Below, piece after piece: positions 49,645 to 58,894 of a DNA stretch of 64,000 bases. The stretch lies in contig JAHCIT010000001.1 of NCBI GenBank assembly GCA_026129095.1, forward strand, positions 122,245 to 186,244. Reading direction: 5' to 3'. Within the stretch, counting starts at the first letter, position 1. Each line of letters opens with the position of its first letter. The translations under genes were made by a program, and so were the position numbers. Source of the DNA: Deltaproteobacteria bacterium. Its GTDB lineage: Bacteria > JAGRBM01 > JAHCIT01. The notes beneath the pieces were generated by a model. The model was not told the origin of the DNA. It saw only the letters and a program-made list of their open reading frames with translations, and ran no database searches.

Positions 49645-51435
49645 TCACGGCACCGCAGCTGTCATCGCATACTGTGGATTCTTCTTCAGGAAATCAGAGA
49701 GCTGCGGCATCATAATCGGCAGCGCGATCTGGCTCGGCGAGACGGATGGGAGCACTTCCTTTGCAACGTCCGTAACGATGCTGAGCGCCCGCATAAGCAT
49801 GAGTTGATCCTGCGGCATCCTGAATGTCTCAAGCTCGTTTAGAAGATCTGCCATGGCACCGAACATCCGCATGGCATCGTTATCATTCGAGAAGTCATGA
49901 TCAAAAATCATTGCACGCATCTTTTCGTCGGCGAATGTCCTCCTGGCGAAGGCTTCAAGCTTATCCCGGTCTGTTTCAGCCACGATACCCCGTTCAATAA
50001 TGCTGTCGGCATAGAGCTTCGGATTATTGAAGAACCCGCCCAGTATCTCCTTGTACAAGCCGTCCCTTACGCGGTCCGGGAGCCGCTTCACCATGCCGAA
50101 GTCGAGCAGGCAGAGCTGGCCATCCCTGGTGCAGAGGACATTCGCCGGGTGGGGATCGGCGTGGAAGAACCCCCCTTCGAATGCCTGCCGCAGGAATGAG
50201 CGAAGGTAGTCGGTCATCAGCTTGCGCCGGTCTATATTCCACTCGTCCAGCCGGGCGAAATCATCGATCTTGCAGCCATCGATAAACTCGAGCGTGAGCA
50301 TGCGGCGGGAAGTATAACGCCAGTAGACACGGGGAATCCTGATGCCGAGCGGCATCATCTCCTTCGCGATCTCTTCGGTCGCCCGCGCCTCGTGCTGCAG
50401 GTCCATCTCCTTACGGAGCGGGTCTTCCATCTCGACCATGAGCTGACGGAGATCGAACTTCTTGACGAACCGGGCGAGCGCATTGATGAGCATTCGCTGA
50501 AGCCCAAGGTCGATCTCGACGCTGCGCTCCAGCCCCGGGTGAAGTATTTTCACGGCGACTTTCTCTCCAGTCGCGAGCCGGGCAGCGTGAACCTGGCCCA
50601 TGGAGGCTGCTGCAATCGGGACAGGATCGAACTCGGCGAACAGTTCCAACGGGCCGACACCGAATTCCCCCTGAATCTGGCTCGCAATGAGCGGATACGG
50701 CGTCGGCGTCACGGCATCGCGCATCGCCCGGAACTCCTCGATGAACTCCTTGGGCAGGATATGAGCCTGCATGCTGGCGATCTGGCCCATCTTGATGTTG
50801 ACGCCCTTCAGACGGAACGCCGTCTCCTTGAACCGGAGTGCATTACGGCGATGTATTCGGGACATGGCCTCTGACGAAGGGCCGATGCCAATCTTCTTCC
50901 GGAACCAGACCAACAGATACGAGAAGACAATCCGGGCCTGCATCCAGCCTACGCCAGCAAGATGTCGGAACGCGCTCGCCTGGGCCTCCCGGCGCAGGAT
51001 CTGGGCGAACTTCCGGTCGGATTCCGCGAGACGGCCCGACAGCGACTGGACAAACACCCAAAGAACCTTTTTCGCCAGCACCGTGTCAGTATCAAGTAAC
51101 TGGCGGAATTTTTCCTTTGCGATGAACAGACAGATGATTTCGTCTTCCGCCCGGATCGATGCGCTTGTTGGCCGGTCAGTGAACAGGCTCATCTCGCCGA
51201 AGTGATCTCCCGGCTGGAGCTGGGAGAGCTTCGAAGCCGCCGAGCCGTGCCGCTTGAGGACCGCCGCTCGGCCAACAACCAGGCAGAACAGACCGGGACC
51301 GTGAACCGATTCCTCAAGGATTACCGTTCCCGCCGGGCCTGTACGGCGCTCACACAGGGAAGCCACTCGTGAAATCTCGGCATCTGTCAGATCGCGAAAA
51401 AGGGAAATATTGCGAAGTGCCTGCGAGGTTTCCAC
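49645..51435 (-). CDS. cNMP-binding domain fused to ABC1/UbiB atypical protein kinase
   Basis: N-terminal LRNISLFRDL...GDHFGEMSLF; ABC1 motifs IKMGQIAS, PIAAASMGQVH, VAVK, FFHADPHPANV, LLDFGMV; GTG start 51435. Confidence 0.9.
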   Translation of the reverse strand: METSQALRNISLFRDLTDAEISRVASLCERRTGPAGTVILEESVHGPGLFCLVVGRAAVLKRHGSAASKLSQLQPGDHFGEMSLFTDRPTSASIRAEDEIICLFIAKEKFRQLLDTDTVLAKKVLWVFVQSLSGRLAESDRKFAQILRREAQASAFRHLAGVGWMQARIVFSYLLVWFRKKIGIGPSSEAMSRIHRRNALRFKETAFRLKGVNIKMGQIASMQAHILPKEFIEEFRAMRDAVTPTPYPLIASQIQGEFGVGPLELFAEFDPVPIAAASMGQVHAARLATGEKVAVKILHPGLERSVEIDLGLQRMLINALARFVKKFDLRQLMVEMEDPLRKEMDLQHEARATEEIAKEMMPLGIRIPRVYWRYTSRRMLTLEFIDGCKIDDFARLDEWNIDRRKLMTDYLRSFLRQAFEGGFFHADPHPANVLCTRDGQLCLLDFGMVKRLPDRVRDGLYKEILGGFFNNPKLYADSIIERGIVAETDRDKLEAFARRTFADEKMRAMIFDHDFSNDNDAMRMFGAMADLLNELETFRMPQDQLMLMRALSIVTDVAKEVLPSVSPSQIALPIMMPQLSDFLKKNPQYAMTAAVP

Positions 51436-51545
51436 GTGTCCGCCCCATCCCGCAAAAGGAAATGACTCAGCGGTCATTCAAACACAGGCCGCCACGCCGG
51501 GCAATATCATAACGGATACAGACCGGTTCCGGTATGGCACCCCGG

Positions 51546-51573
51546 TTGACAATGCCCGTGCCCGGTCTATCTT
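51546..51573 (+). promoter_or_regulatory. Sigma70 promoter of tRNA-Gly(CCC)
   Basis: TTGACA-16 nt-TATCTT, 15 nt before the tRNA. Confidence 0.7.
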
Positions 51574-51588
51574 GAGGGGGTCTACCGG

Positions 51589-51664
51589 GCGCGAGTAACT
51601 CAGTTGGTAGAGTGCAAGCTTCCCAAGCTTGATGTCGCGGGTTCGACCCCCGTCTCGCGCTCCA
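51589..51664 (+). tRNA. tRNA-Gly(CCC)
   Basis: GCGCGAGTAACTCAGTTGGTAGAGTG-CAAGC-TTCCCAA-GCTTG...GGTTCGACCC...CTCGCGCTCCA. Confidence 0.97.
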
Positions 51665-51729
51665 TCCACAAACGGGAAAAGCCCCCATAGCAGCGGCGAA
51701 AACTCCGGCTGTCTTCATCCGGGTTTTGC

Positions 51730-54700
51730 CTACGTGTTTTCCCGTGCCGTAATCCGGTAGAGCACCGGCAAAACCACCAGCGTGAGCAAAGTCGAGCTGA
51801 TAATCCCACCCACGACCACTGTGGCGATGGGCCTTTGTACTTCTGCGCCCGTACCGGTCGCAAGTGCCATAGGGACAAAACCAAAAGCAGCGACGAGGGC
51901 CGTCATCAAGACCGGTCTCAGCCGCGTCAGCGCGCCCTCCTCGACTGCCTCAGCCACGGATTTGCCCGCTTCCCGCAACTGATTGATGAACGTCACCATG
52001 ACAAGGCCGTTGAGTACGGCGACTCCCGACAAGGCAATGAATCCCACTGCTGCCGAGATCGAAAACGGCATCCCCCGGAGCCAAAGGGAAGCCACACCGC
52101 CGGAAAGGGCGAATGGTACGGCCGAGAATACCAGGATCGCCTGCCCCGCCGACCCGAAGGTCGAATAAAGCAGAAGGAAAATCAGCGCAAAGCAGACCGG
52201 TACAACGATCAGCAGCCGCTCCTGTGCCTTTTGAAGGTTTTCAAACTGTCCACCCCAGTCCAGCCAGTAGCCGGAAGGTACAATCGCTCCGGCTTCAATC
52301 CGTTTTTGGGCCTCGGCGACGAACGAGGCTATGTCGCGGCCCCGGACATTGGCCTGGACCACCACACGGCGCTTGCCATTTTCCCGGCTGATCTGGTTCG
52401 GACCTTCGGCCAGATCCAGCGAGGCGACTTCCGACAAGGGAATGAACCCCGCCAATCCGTCCGGCCGTGCCAGCGGAAGGATTTTCAGCATTTCGGGATC
52501 GGTCCGGACAGCTTCCGGAAGCCGGACGACCAGATCAAACCGGCGGTCACCTTCAAAAAACACGCCAGCCGATTTGCCGCCAACGGCTACCGAGACATTT
52601 TCCTGGATATCAGCCACTGAAATGCCGTGCCGGGCAGCCCGCTCACGGTCTGGCCTGACCGTCAGCATCGGCAGCCCTGCTGTTTGTTCCACCTTCACAT
52701 CCGCCGCACCCGGTATGTCGTGAAGAATCCTGGCAATCCGGCCAGCGGCTGCTGTCATTCGCTCAGGATCGTCTCCATATATCTTGACCGCCACATCGGC
52801 ACGGATACCCGCGATGAGCTCGTTGAACCGCATCTGAATGGGCTGTGTAAATTCATAACTGTTGCCAGGAAGCTGCTCTAGGGCCCTCTCCATCCGTTCC
52901 CGGAGCTGTTCCTTGGTTTCGCCGGGGTCCGGCCATTCATGACGGTCTTTCAGAATCACAAAGGTATCAGACACATTCGGCGGCATCGGATCCCCTGCCA
53001 TTTCCGCAGTCCCGGTCTTGGAAAAGACAAATGCGACTTCAGGAAAGCGGGAAAGCGTCCTTTCGACTTCCAGCTGCATCTGTGTCGACTGGGAGAGGCT
53101 GGTTGCCGGGATACGCATGGCATGTATGGCCATGTCCTTTTCGTCGAGCACCGGAACGAACTCCTGACCCAGCCGGCTAAATCCGAATACCGACAGCGCA
53201 AAAATCCCGGCCGCCAGCAGCAGGACGGGCCACCGGTGCTGCAGCGCCCACTGGAGCACTGGCTGGTAAATACGCCGCGCTGCAGCGGTAATACGGTTTT
53301 CCTTTTCCTCGACGTGACCGCGTACGATGAGCGCCACCATGGCAGGAACGAATGTGAGCGACAGGATAAACGCCGAAACCAGCGCGAAGATGACGGTAAG
53401 CGCCATCGGGTGAAACATTTTTCCCTCGACGCCGGTTAGCGCCAGCATCGGAAGGTACACAGTAATGATGATCGCCTCGCCGAATGCTGTTGCCGATCTA
53501 ACCTGCCGGCTGGCGTCAAATACGGTCTCCAGCCGCTCTTCCAGAGTCAGGGGGCGTCCCAGTTCATGCTGGCGGAGCGCCAGTCGCCGCACGCAGTTCT
53601 CGACGATGATGACCGCACCATCCACGACGAGGCCAAAGTCGATGGCACCCAGGCTCATCAGGTTGCCGCTAATTCCAGCCCGGACCATGCCGGTTGCCGC
53701 CATCAGCATGGAGAGTGGTATGGCAAGCGCGCAGATGATCGCTGCCCGCAGGTTTCCGAGCATGACGAACAGGATTACAATGACAAGGATGGCGCCTTCG
53801 GTCAGATTGCCACGGACAGTTTTTATAGTGGCCTCGACGAGCCGCGTCCGGTTCAGGACAGTTCTGGCCTCGATGCCGGGCGGCAGCGATTTCCGGACCT
53901 CCTGCATCCTGAGGTCAACCGCCCGGGCGACCTCCCGGCTGTTGGCTCCAACCAGCATCAGTGCCGTGCCGACGACTGCTTCATGACCATTATCGCTGGC
54001 ACTGCCAGTGCGAAGCTCCGTGCCCAAGACCGTTATGGCGACATCACGGATGCGGACAGGTATCCCGTTCCGGGTCTGCACGGGAATTTCACCAATTTCG
54101 TCAATATGCCCGATACGTCCCGAAGCCCGGACACTCCAGGCTTCTCCATGCCGTTCTATATAGCCGGCACCAGTGCTTACGTTGTTCCGTTCCAGTGCGC
54201 GCACGACATCTTCCAGTGAAAGCCCCAGAGCGGCCAACTTCACCGGATCCGGCTGAACGTGGTACTGCTTGACATACCCGCCGATCGAATCGACCCCGGC
54301 GACGCCTTCCACCATCCTGAGCTGTGGGGCGATGATCCAGTCCTGAACGGTCCTGAGGTAGGTGATCTGCTCGACCGGGGTCTTCAGATAGTCCCCTTCA
54401 GGAGATAAATAGCTGCCATCAGACTGCCAGCCGGGTTCTCCATCCCGGACCGTGGCCCCCTTTCCCCCTGGATGCGTAAAATCCACAGCCCACATGTAGA
54501 TTTCGCCCAGTCCGGTTGATACCGGCCCCATGCGCGGCACGGCACCGGGAGGGAGCCGGTCCCGCGCCCAGATCAGCCGCTCAGCCGCCTGCTGCCGCGC
54601 GAAATAGACATCCACGTCATCCCGGAACACGGCCGTCACCTGGGAAAAGCCATTCCGTGACAGGGAACGGGTGCTTTCGAGTCCTGGTATGCCAGCAAGG

Positions 54701-54915
54701 GACATTTCCACGGGGAAAGTCACCTGTGATTCGATCTCAAGCACCGACAGATCCGGATAGATGGTATTGATCGTTACCTGGTTATTCGTGATGTCGGGCA
54801 CCGCGTCGATCGGCAGATGATTGAGCGACCAGACGCCAATACCGGCTGCCGCCAGCGTCAGCACGACAACAAGCCTGCGTCGCCGGATAGAAAAGTCGAG
54901 AAGGGCTTTCAGCAT
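51730..54915 (-). CDS. czcA: CusA/CzcA heavy-metal RND efflux transporter
   Basis: LPIDAVPDITNNQV, STGLGEI, SLGAIDFGLVVDGAVIIVEN, GFIALSGVAVLNG, RLRPVLMTA. Confidence 0.95.
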   Translation of the reverse strand: MLKALLDFSIRRRRLVVVLTLAAAGIGVWSLNHLPIDAVPDITNNQVTINTIYPDLSVLEIESQVTFPVEMSLAGIPGLESTRSLSRNGFSQVTAVFRDDVDVYFARQQAAERLIWARDRLPPGAVPRMGPVSTGLGEIYMWAVDFTHPGGKGATVRDGEPGWQSDGSYLSPEGDYLKTPVEQITYLRTVQDWIIAPQLRMVEGVAGVDSIGGYVKQYHVQPDPVKLAALGLSLEDVVRALERNNVSTGAGYIERHGEAWSVRASGRIGHIDEIGEIPVQTRNGIPVRIRDVAITVLGTELRTGSASDNGHEAVVGTALMLVGANSREVARAVDLRMQEVRKSLPPGIEARTVLNRTRLVEATIKTVRGNLTEGAILVIVILFVMLGNLRAAIICALAIPLSMLMAATGMVRAGISGNLMSLGAIDFGLVVDGAVIIVENCVRRLALRQHELGRPLTLEERLETVFDASRQVRSATAFGEAIIITVYLPMLALTGVEGKMFHPMALTVIFALVSAFILSLTFVPAMVALIVRGHVEEKENRITAAARRIYQPVLQWALQHRWPVLLLAAGIFALSVFGFSRLGQEFVPVLDEKDMAIHAMRIPATSLSQSTQMQLEVERTLSRFPEVAFVFSKTGTAEMAGDPMPPNVSDTFVILKDRHEWPDPGETKEQLRERMERALEQLPGNSYEFTQPIQMRFNELIAGIRADVAVKIYGDDPERMTAAAGRIARILHDIPGAADVKVEQTAGLPMLTVRPDRERAARHGISVADIQENVSVAVGGKSAGVFFEGDRRFDLVVRLPEAVRTDPEMLKILPLARPDGLAGFIPLSEVASLDLAEGPNQISRENGKRRVVVQANVRGRDIASFVAEAQKRIEAGAIVPSGYWLDWGGQFENLQKAQERLLIVVPVCFALIFLLLYSTFGSAGQAILVFSAVPFALSGGVASLWLRGMPFSISAAVGFIALSGVAVLNGLVMVTFINQLREAGKSVAEAVEEGALTRLRPVLMTALVAAFGFVPMALATGTGAEVQRPIATVVVGGIISSTLLTLVVLPVLYRITARENT

Positions 54916-54933
54916 CGCAATTCTTCTCCGGCT

Positions 54934-55881
54934 TCAGTGATCATGCTCGGCTTCACTCTTGAGAAGCTCGGCTTTCAGGATGAAGGTGCCGGTAGCGGCG
55001 TACCGTTCACCCACGAAAAGGCCGGAAATCACCTCGACCGCATCTGACGACCTGGCACCCAGCCGGACCAGGCGAAATTCAAGCCCGTCACTGACTCCGT
55101 CAGTAACGAAAAGACCGGTTTCGCCCGCCACCGTCTGCAGGGCGGTCACGGGGACACCTATGGCAGAATTGTGCAGCCCGGTCACAACCCGGCCAGTCAC
55201 AAACATGCCGGGCTTCCACCTCATTCCAGAGTTGGGGAGTACGGTTCGTGCCGTGGCCGTTCGGCTGCTGCGAACCATTACTGGAGTTACGAAAACGATT
55301 TCGGCTGCGACGGGATCTCCTGTTCCCCAGGGTGCCACCGTTACTTTCTGTCCGGTCCTGACATCGCTCAGGGCATTTTGAAACACACTGAAGTCAGCCC
55401 AGACAGTGGTCAGGTCTGCAACAATAAACGCCTCGGCAGTGGTGTCCACCGTGTCTCCCGGTGAAACATGCCTTTCGATCACGCTTCCGCTAATCATTGC
55501 CTTCAGCGGATAGACAGTCAGTCCTTCGCTGCTTTCAACCGTGGCCAGTATATCGCCAGCCTGCACCTGGTCGCCCGGCCGGCGATTAACAGACTTCACG
55601 ATTCCGGCATACCGTGGCCGGATACGGGCAAGCCTGTCCTCGTTCAGACGGATTTCACCGGCCAGCATGAGTTCATTCTGAATGACCAGAGGGCCGGCCT
55701 CGCGGATTTCGATTCCCTGTCGCTCCAGTTCGCCGGGCGCAAGCCTGACGATATGCTGATGTTCTCCGGAAGGGGCCGCCAAAGAAGCCCCCGGACCATG
55801 TCCATGCGGATCATCGTGCCGATGACATGCCGACAAGAAAATGGGAATCGCCAGAAAAGCAGCGGCGGTGCGAATGTTCAT
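54934..55881 (-). CDS. czcB: RND periplasmic adaptor (CzcB-like)
   Basis: Lipobox LSAC followed by a His-rich stretch; GDQVQAGD, ADLTTVW, WKPGMFV, LKAELLK. Confidence 0.88.
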   Translation of the reverse strand: MNIRTAAAFLAIPIFLSACHRHDDPHGHGPGASLAAPSGEHQHIVRLAPGELERQGIEIREAGPLVIQNELMLAGEIRLNEDRLARIRPRYAGIVKSVNRRPGDQVQAGDILATVESSEGLTVYPLKAMISGSVIERHVSPGDTVDTTAEAFIVADLTTVWADFSVFQNALSDVRTGQKVTVAPWGTGDPVAAEIVFVTPVMVRSSRTATARTVLPNSGMRWKPGMFVTGRVVTGLHNSAIGVPVTALQTVAGETGLFVTDGVSDGLEFRLVRLGARSSDAVEVISGLFVGERYAATGTFILKAELLKSEAEHDH

Positions 55882-57188
55882 GGATGGGCGCTCCCTGCAG
55901 AAATACCACCCGTGAACGGCCGCTCAAGTGCGGCAATAGCCAGATGGCAGCTTGTCAGTGCATCAAGGTACCGGCTGTGGAGATCGAACCATGTCTGGTT
56001 CGTGTCGAGCAGTTCCATGTAGCTGCCCGCGCCGGTCTCGTACCTCCGGCGGCTTTCCTCCAGTGCCGATGCGACCTGCGGCAAGGCCTGGGCCCGGATC
56101 GTTTCCGCCTCACCGTGGGCGATGGTTGCCTCCGTCCACCAGCGCCTGAGCTCCTGAAGCAGGCTGATTCGCAGCGCGTTTCTGGCAGCCTCGGTCTGCA
56201 GGAGGGTTTCCCGAAGGGCCCTGATCGATTCCTGATTACGGTTCAGAACTGGCAGGGGAAAGGCTATTCCCCCGACCAGCGCCACGGCATTGGGTCCGTT
56301 CAGATGGCGGATGCCGATGCTGCCCGATGGAACCGGTTTCCACCGGACAGCTTCCAGTTCGATCTGCCCGCTGATGGCCGAACTCTCGGCATCTGCCCTC
56401 CGCAGTCCCGCAGTATTTTCAAGCTGGCCGGCAATCGCAGCAAAATCAGGCAATCTGGGGATCTCGGCAAACGTTCCTTCCGTACGGCTGAAGTCCGGTT
56501 CAGTTCCTCCCCACAGGAGTGCAAGGGACTGTCTCGTCCCATCCAGAGTCTTCCGGGCGCTCTCGAGGGCGATGCGGCTACCCGCCAGCGCGACCTGCAA
56601 GCGGAGCAGTTCCACCGGAGAACTCCGCCCGGCAGTCACCCGCCTGCTGGCCGCCTGCACCGACCTTTCGATGGCCTGCACCTGCTGCTCGACAAGTGCC
56701 AGCCGCTCCTCTGCGGCCGCCACACTGATAAACCCCCGCCGGGTGTCATACAGAAGTTCGGCAAGGCCGGCTTCGCGCTCCCTGCGAATGATTTCCGTTT
56801 CGAGAGCGGCGGCTCTGGTGCGCCTGTCCCGGCTGCCCCATATCTCCAGCGCCTGTGAATACTGGAATGTTGTTTCAGCCTCCCTGAGACGAGACATCGG
56901 GCTGCTGCCCAGCACATTCTCGACTTCGACCGAAACCTCGGGATTGGGCATCAGTGCAGCCTGACGCTCACGGGCTTCTGCTGCCCGGATCCCATGCTCG
57001 GCTGCCTCAATCGTCGGATGGTTTCGCAGAACCCGTTCCCATGCTGCTTCGAAAGAGAGTGGTGGAAGAGACTGGGCCCGGACTGCAGGCGGTAATGCAA
57101 CAAGGAACTGTGCAGCCAGCAAGAGGGCTGACGGGACAAACTGGTTTTTCATGTGAAACTCCGCTGAACAGGATGCCAACAGCTGCAA
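55878..57188 (-). CDS. czcC: TolC-family outer membrane factor (CzcC-like)
   Basis: PNPEVSVEVEN, IAFPLPVLNRNQ, YETGAGSYMELLD; ATGA overlap with czcB. The start may be ATG 57152. Confidence 0.88.
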   Translation of the reverse strand: MQLLASCSAEFHMKNQFVPSALLLAAQFLVALPPAVRAQSLPPLSFEAAWERVLRNHPTIEAAEHGIRAAEARERQAALMPNPEVSVEVENVLGSSPMSRLREAETTFQYSQALEIWGSRDRRTRAAALETEIIRREREAGLAELLYDTRRGFISVAAAEERLALVEQQVQAIERSVQAASRRVTAGRSSPVELLRLQVALAGSRIALESARKTLDGTRQSLALLWGGTEPDFSRTEGTFAEIPRLPDFAAIAGQLENTAGLRRADAESSAISGQIELEAVRWKPVPSGSIGIRHLNGPNAVALVGGIAFPLPVLNRNQESIRALRETLLQTEAARNALRISLLQELRRWWTEATIAHGEAETIRAQALPQVASALEESRRRYETGAGSYMELLDTNQTWFDLHSRYLDALTSCHLAIAALERPFTGGISAGSAHP

Positions 57189-57224
57189 CCGTCATGCAGC
57201 CACGATTTCAGTTCACGGAAGATT

Positions 57225-57641
57225 TCAGACGAGAATAACTATGGTTCTCGAGAGGACATGGTTGCCTGGAGGCAATACGGATTCGGTCCGGGCCCCTTTG
57301 ATATCCTGTAGTATGGGCAGATCCGTTAATCTGACCATCAGCCGGGGCATCACAGGTGCGGCCGGGAAACGATCCGCCATGTCATGGCTGACATGGCTGG
57401 AAAACGCTTCGGCCCGTTCCAAAAGGATATCTGTGCAATCGGCCGTTGACATGGCACCGTTGCATTTCACCATCCCGGTTGCGGTTACCTTCCCTGCTTC
57501 TGGTGAAACCGGAACACTCGCCAGTTCAAGATGGACATGTCCGTCTGCATGGACACAAACCATCAGCCCTGGCACAAACATTGGCAGGAAACCGACAAAA
57601 ATGGCGAGCACAACGGCCAAGGCACCCTTGGCAATCCTCAT
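57225..57641 (-). CDS. Small putative periplasmic metal-binding protein preceding czcCBA (CzcI-like position)
   Basis: Hydrophobic N-terminus, VCVHADGHVHLE motif, C/H-rich middle, C-terminal LSRTIVILV. Confidence 0.6.
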   Translation of the reverse strand: MRIAKGALAVVLAIFVGFLPMFVPGLMVCVHADGHVHLELASVPVSPEAGKVTATGMVKCNGAMSTADCTDILLERAEAFSSHVSHDMADRFPAAPVMPRLMVRLTDLPILQDIKGARTESVLPPGNHVLSRTIVILV

Positions 57642-57679
57642 GCGCCGGAATGTTTCGAGAAACCAAGCCACCGGGCGCA

Positions 57680-57708
57680 AATATAGCGGCAATAATGGAA
57701 GGCGGCAA
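57680..57708 (-). promoter_or_regulatory. Putative sigma70 promoter of the czc operon
   Basis: Minus strand TTGCCG-17 nt-TATATT, 39 nt upstream of ATG 57641. Confidence 0.55.
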
Positions 57709-57774
57709 TGAGGAAGAACATTACTAACAGGAACTGCAAAAAGCGGCCGGTTTGTCTTGTCTGGTAGATCTTGC

Positions 57775-57810
57775 TGCTGTCGTGGGCTGAGAGCCCTGTC
57801 TCGCACTCCG
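57775..57810 (+). repeat. Degenerate direct repeat of the tRNA-Gly(CCC) 3' end (candidate attR)
   Basis: TGCTGTCGTGGGCTGAGAGCCCTGTCTCGCACTCCG versus 51630-51664 TGATGTCGCGGGTTCGACCCCCGTCTCGCGCTCCA; 27/36 identities with one gap by hand alignment. Confidence 0.55.
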
Positions 57811-57882
57811 ATCTGCTTTCATCAGCACTTTCCGCCAGCTAGTTTGCTCCGCGCCCGTGCATTACGCGGCGGAGAATCAGCA

Positions 57883-58839
57883 ATGGCAGTCCGAACCCAG
57901 CTCTGTGAGCTGCTTGGCATCGAACACCCGATCATCCTGGGCGGCATGATGGGAGTATCTGACGGTGTTCTGTCAGCAGCGGTATCCGAAGCAGGGGGAC
58001 TGGGGACCATTTCTGCGGCCACTTTTGGTGCTGAAGGAACCAAGCGGGAAATCCTGAAACTGAAGGAGCGGACGCAGAAACCGTTTTCCGTCAACCTGCC
58101 CATCTTTCATCCAGAAGTTCCAAAAATCGTGGATGCGCTGCTGTCCACCGAGGTAAAAATTGTCACTACGGCAGCCGGAAGTCCTGAAAAGTTCACCAAG
58201 GCGCTGAAGGACAAGGGTATAACTGTTTTGCACGTGGTCTCTTCCGTAAGAACAGCCCTCAAGGCGGAAGCGGCTGGAGTTGATGTCGTCGTAGCTGAAG
58301 GAGTCGATTCTGGGGGAAAAGTCAGTCCGGATGAAATCCCCACGATTTCCCTGATCCCGCAGGTCGTGGATGCTGTTAAAATCCCAGTAGTTGCCGCCGG
58401 GGGACTTGCCGACGGGCGCGGGCTTCTGGCCGCCTTGGCGCTCGGAGCTGTTGGCGCACAGTTCGGAACGCTATTTATAGCGACCGATGAGGCGCCGGCT
58501 CATCCAAACTGGAAAAAAGTCCTTGTAGGTGCTGGCGATGCCGCAACAGGTGTTGCCTGCCGCAAGTCATCTCCTACCCGCCTGATCCGGAACGACTTTT
58601 TCATGGAACTGGATAGCCAGGATGCCCCCGGGAAGAAGCCGATGGATTTCATGATGATCCAGGGACAGGGAATGGCCCGGATTCCGTCAGACTCTGAAGG
58701 CACCAAGGGGAACTATACTGCGGGTGCCGGTGCCGGGCTGATTCATAAAATCTTGCCAACAGCCGAGATCATTCGCAGGCTTGTTGCCGATACCGAAACG
58801 GGGATAGAAAGACTCTCGGGTTTTCGGCGGCTTACCTGA
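57883..58839 (+). CDS. Nitronate monooxygenase / FabK enoyl-ACP reductase family flavoprotein
   Basis: LCELLGIEHPIILGGM, AVSEAGGLG, AEGVDSGG, IPVVAAGGLADGRG, QFGTLF. Confidence 0.92.
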   Translation: MAVRTQLCELLGIEHPIILGGMMGVSDGVLSAAVSEAGGLGTISAATFGAEGTKREILKLKERTQKPFSVNLPIFHPEVPKIVDALLSTEVKIVTTAAGSPEKFTKALKDKGITVLHVVSSVRTALKAEAAGVDVVVAEGVDSGGKVSPDEIPTISLIPQVVDAVKIPVVAAGGLADGRGLLAALALGAVGAQFGTLFIATDEAPAHPNWKKVLVGAGDAATGVACRKSSPTRLIRNDFFMELDSQDAPGKKPMDFMMIQGQGMARIPSDSEGTKGNYTAGAGAGLIHKILPTAEIIRRLVADTETGIERLSGFRRLT

Positions 58840-58894
58840 ACATCACGAACCGGCCAATTTATAAGGCTTTCGCAATCACGCAGATAGCGACACT

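Noticed and set aside
51665-57810. Active integrative element or prophage at tRNA-Gly
   Set aside because: No integrase, transposase or phage gene is present and the repeat is degenerate, so it is reported only as a possible fossil.
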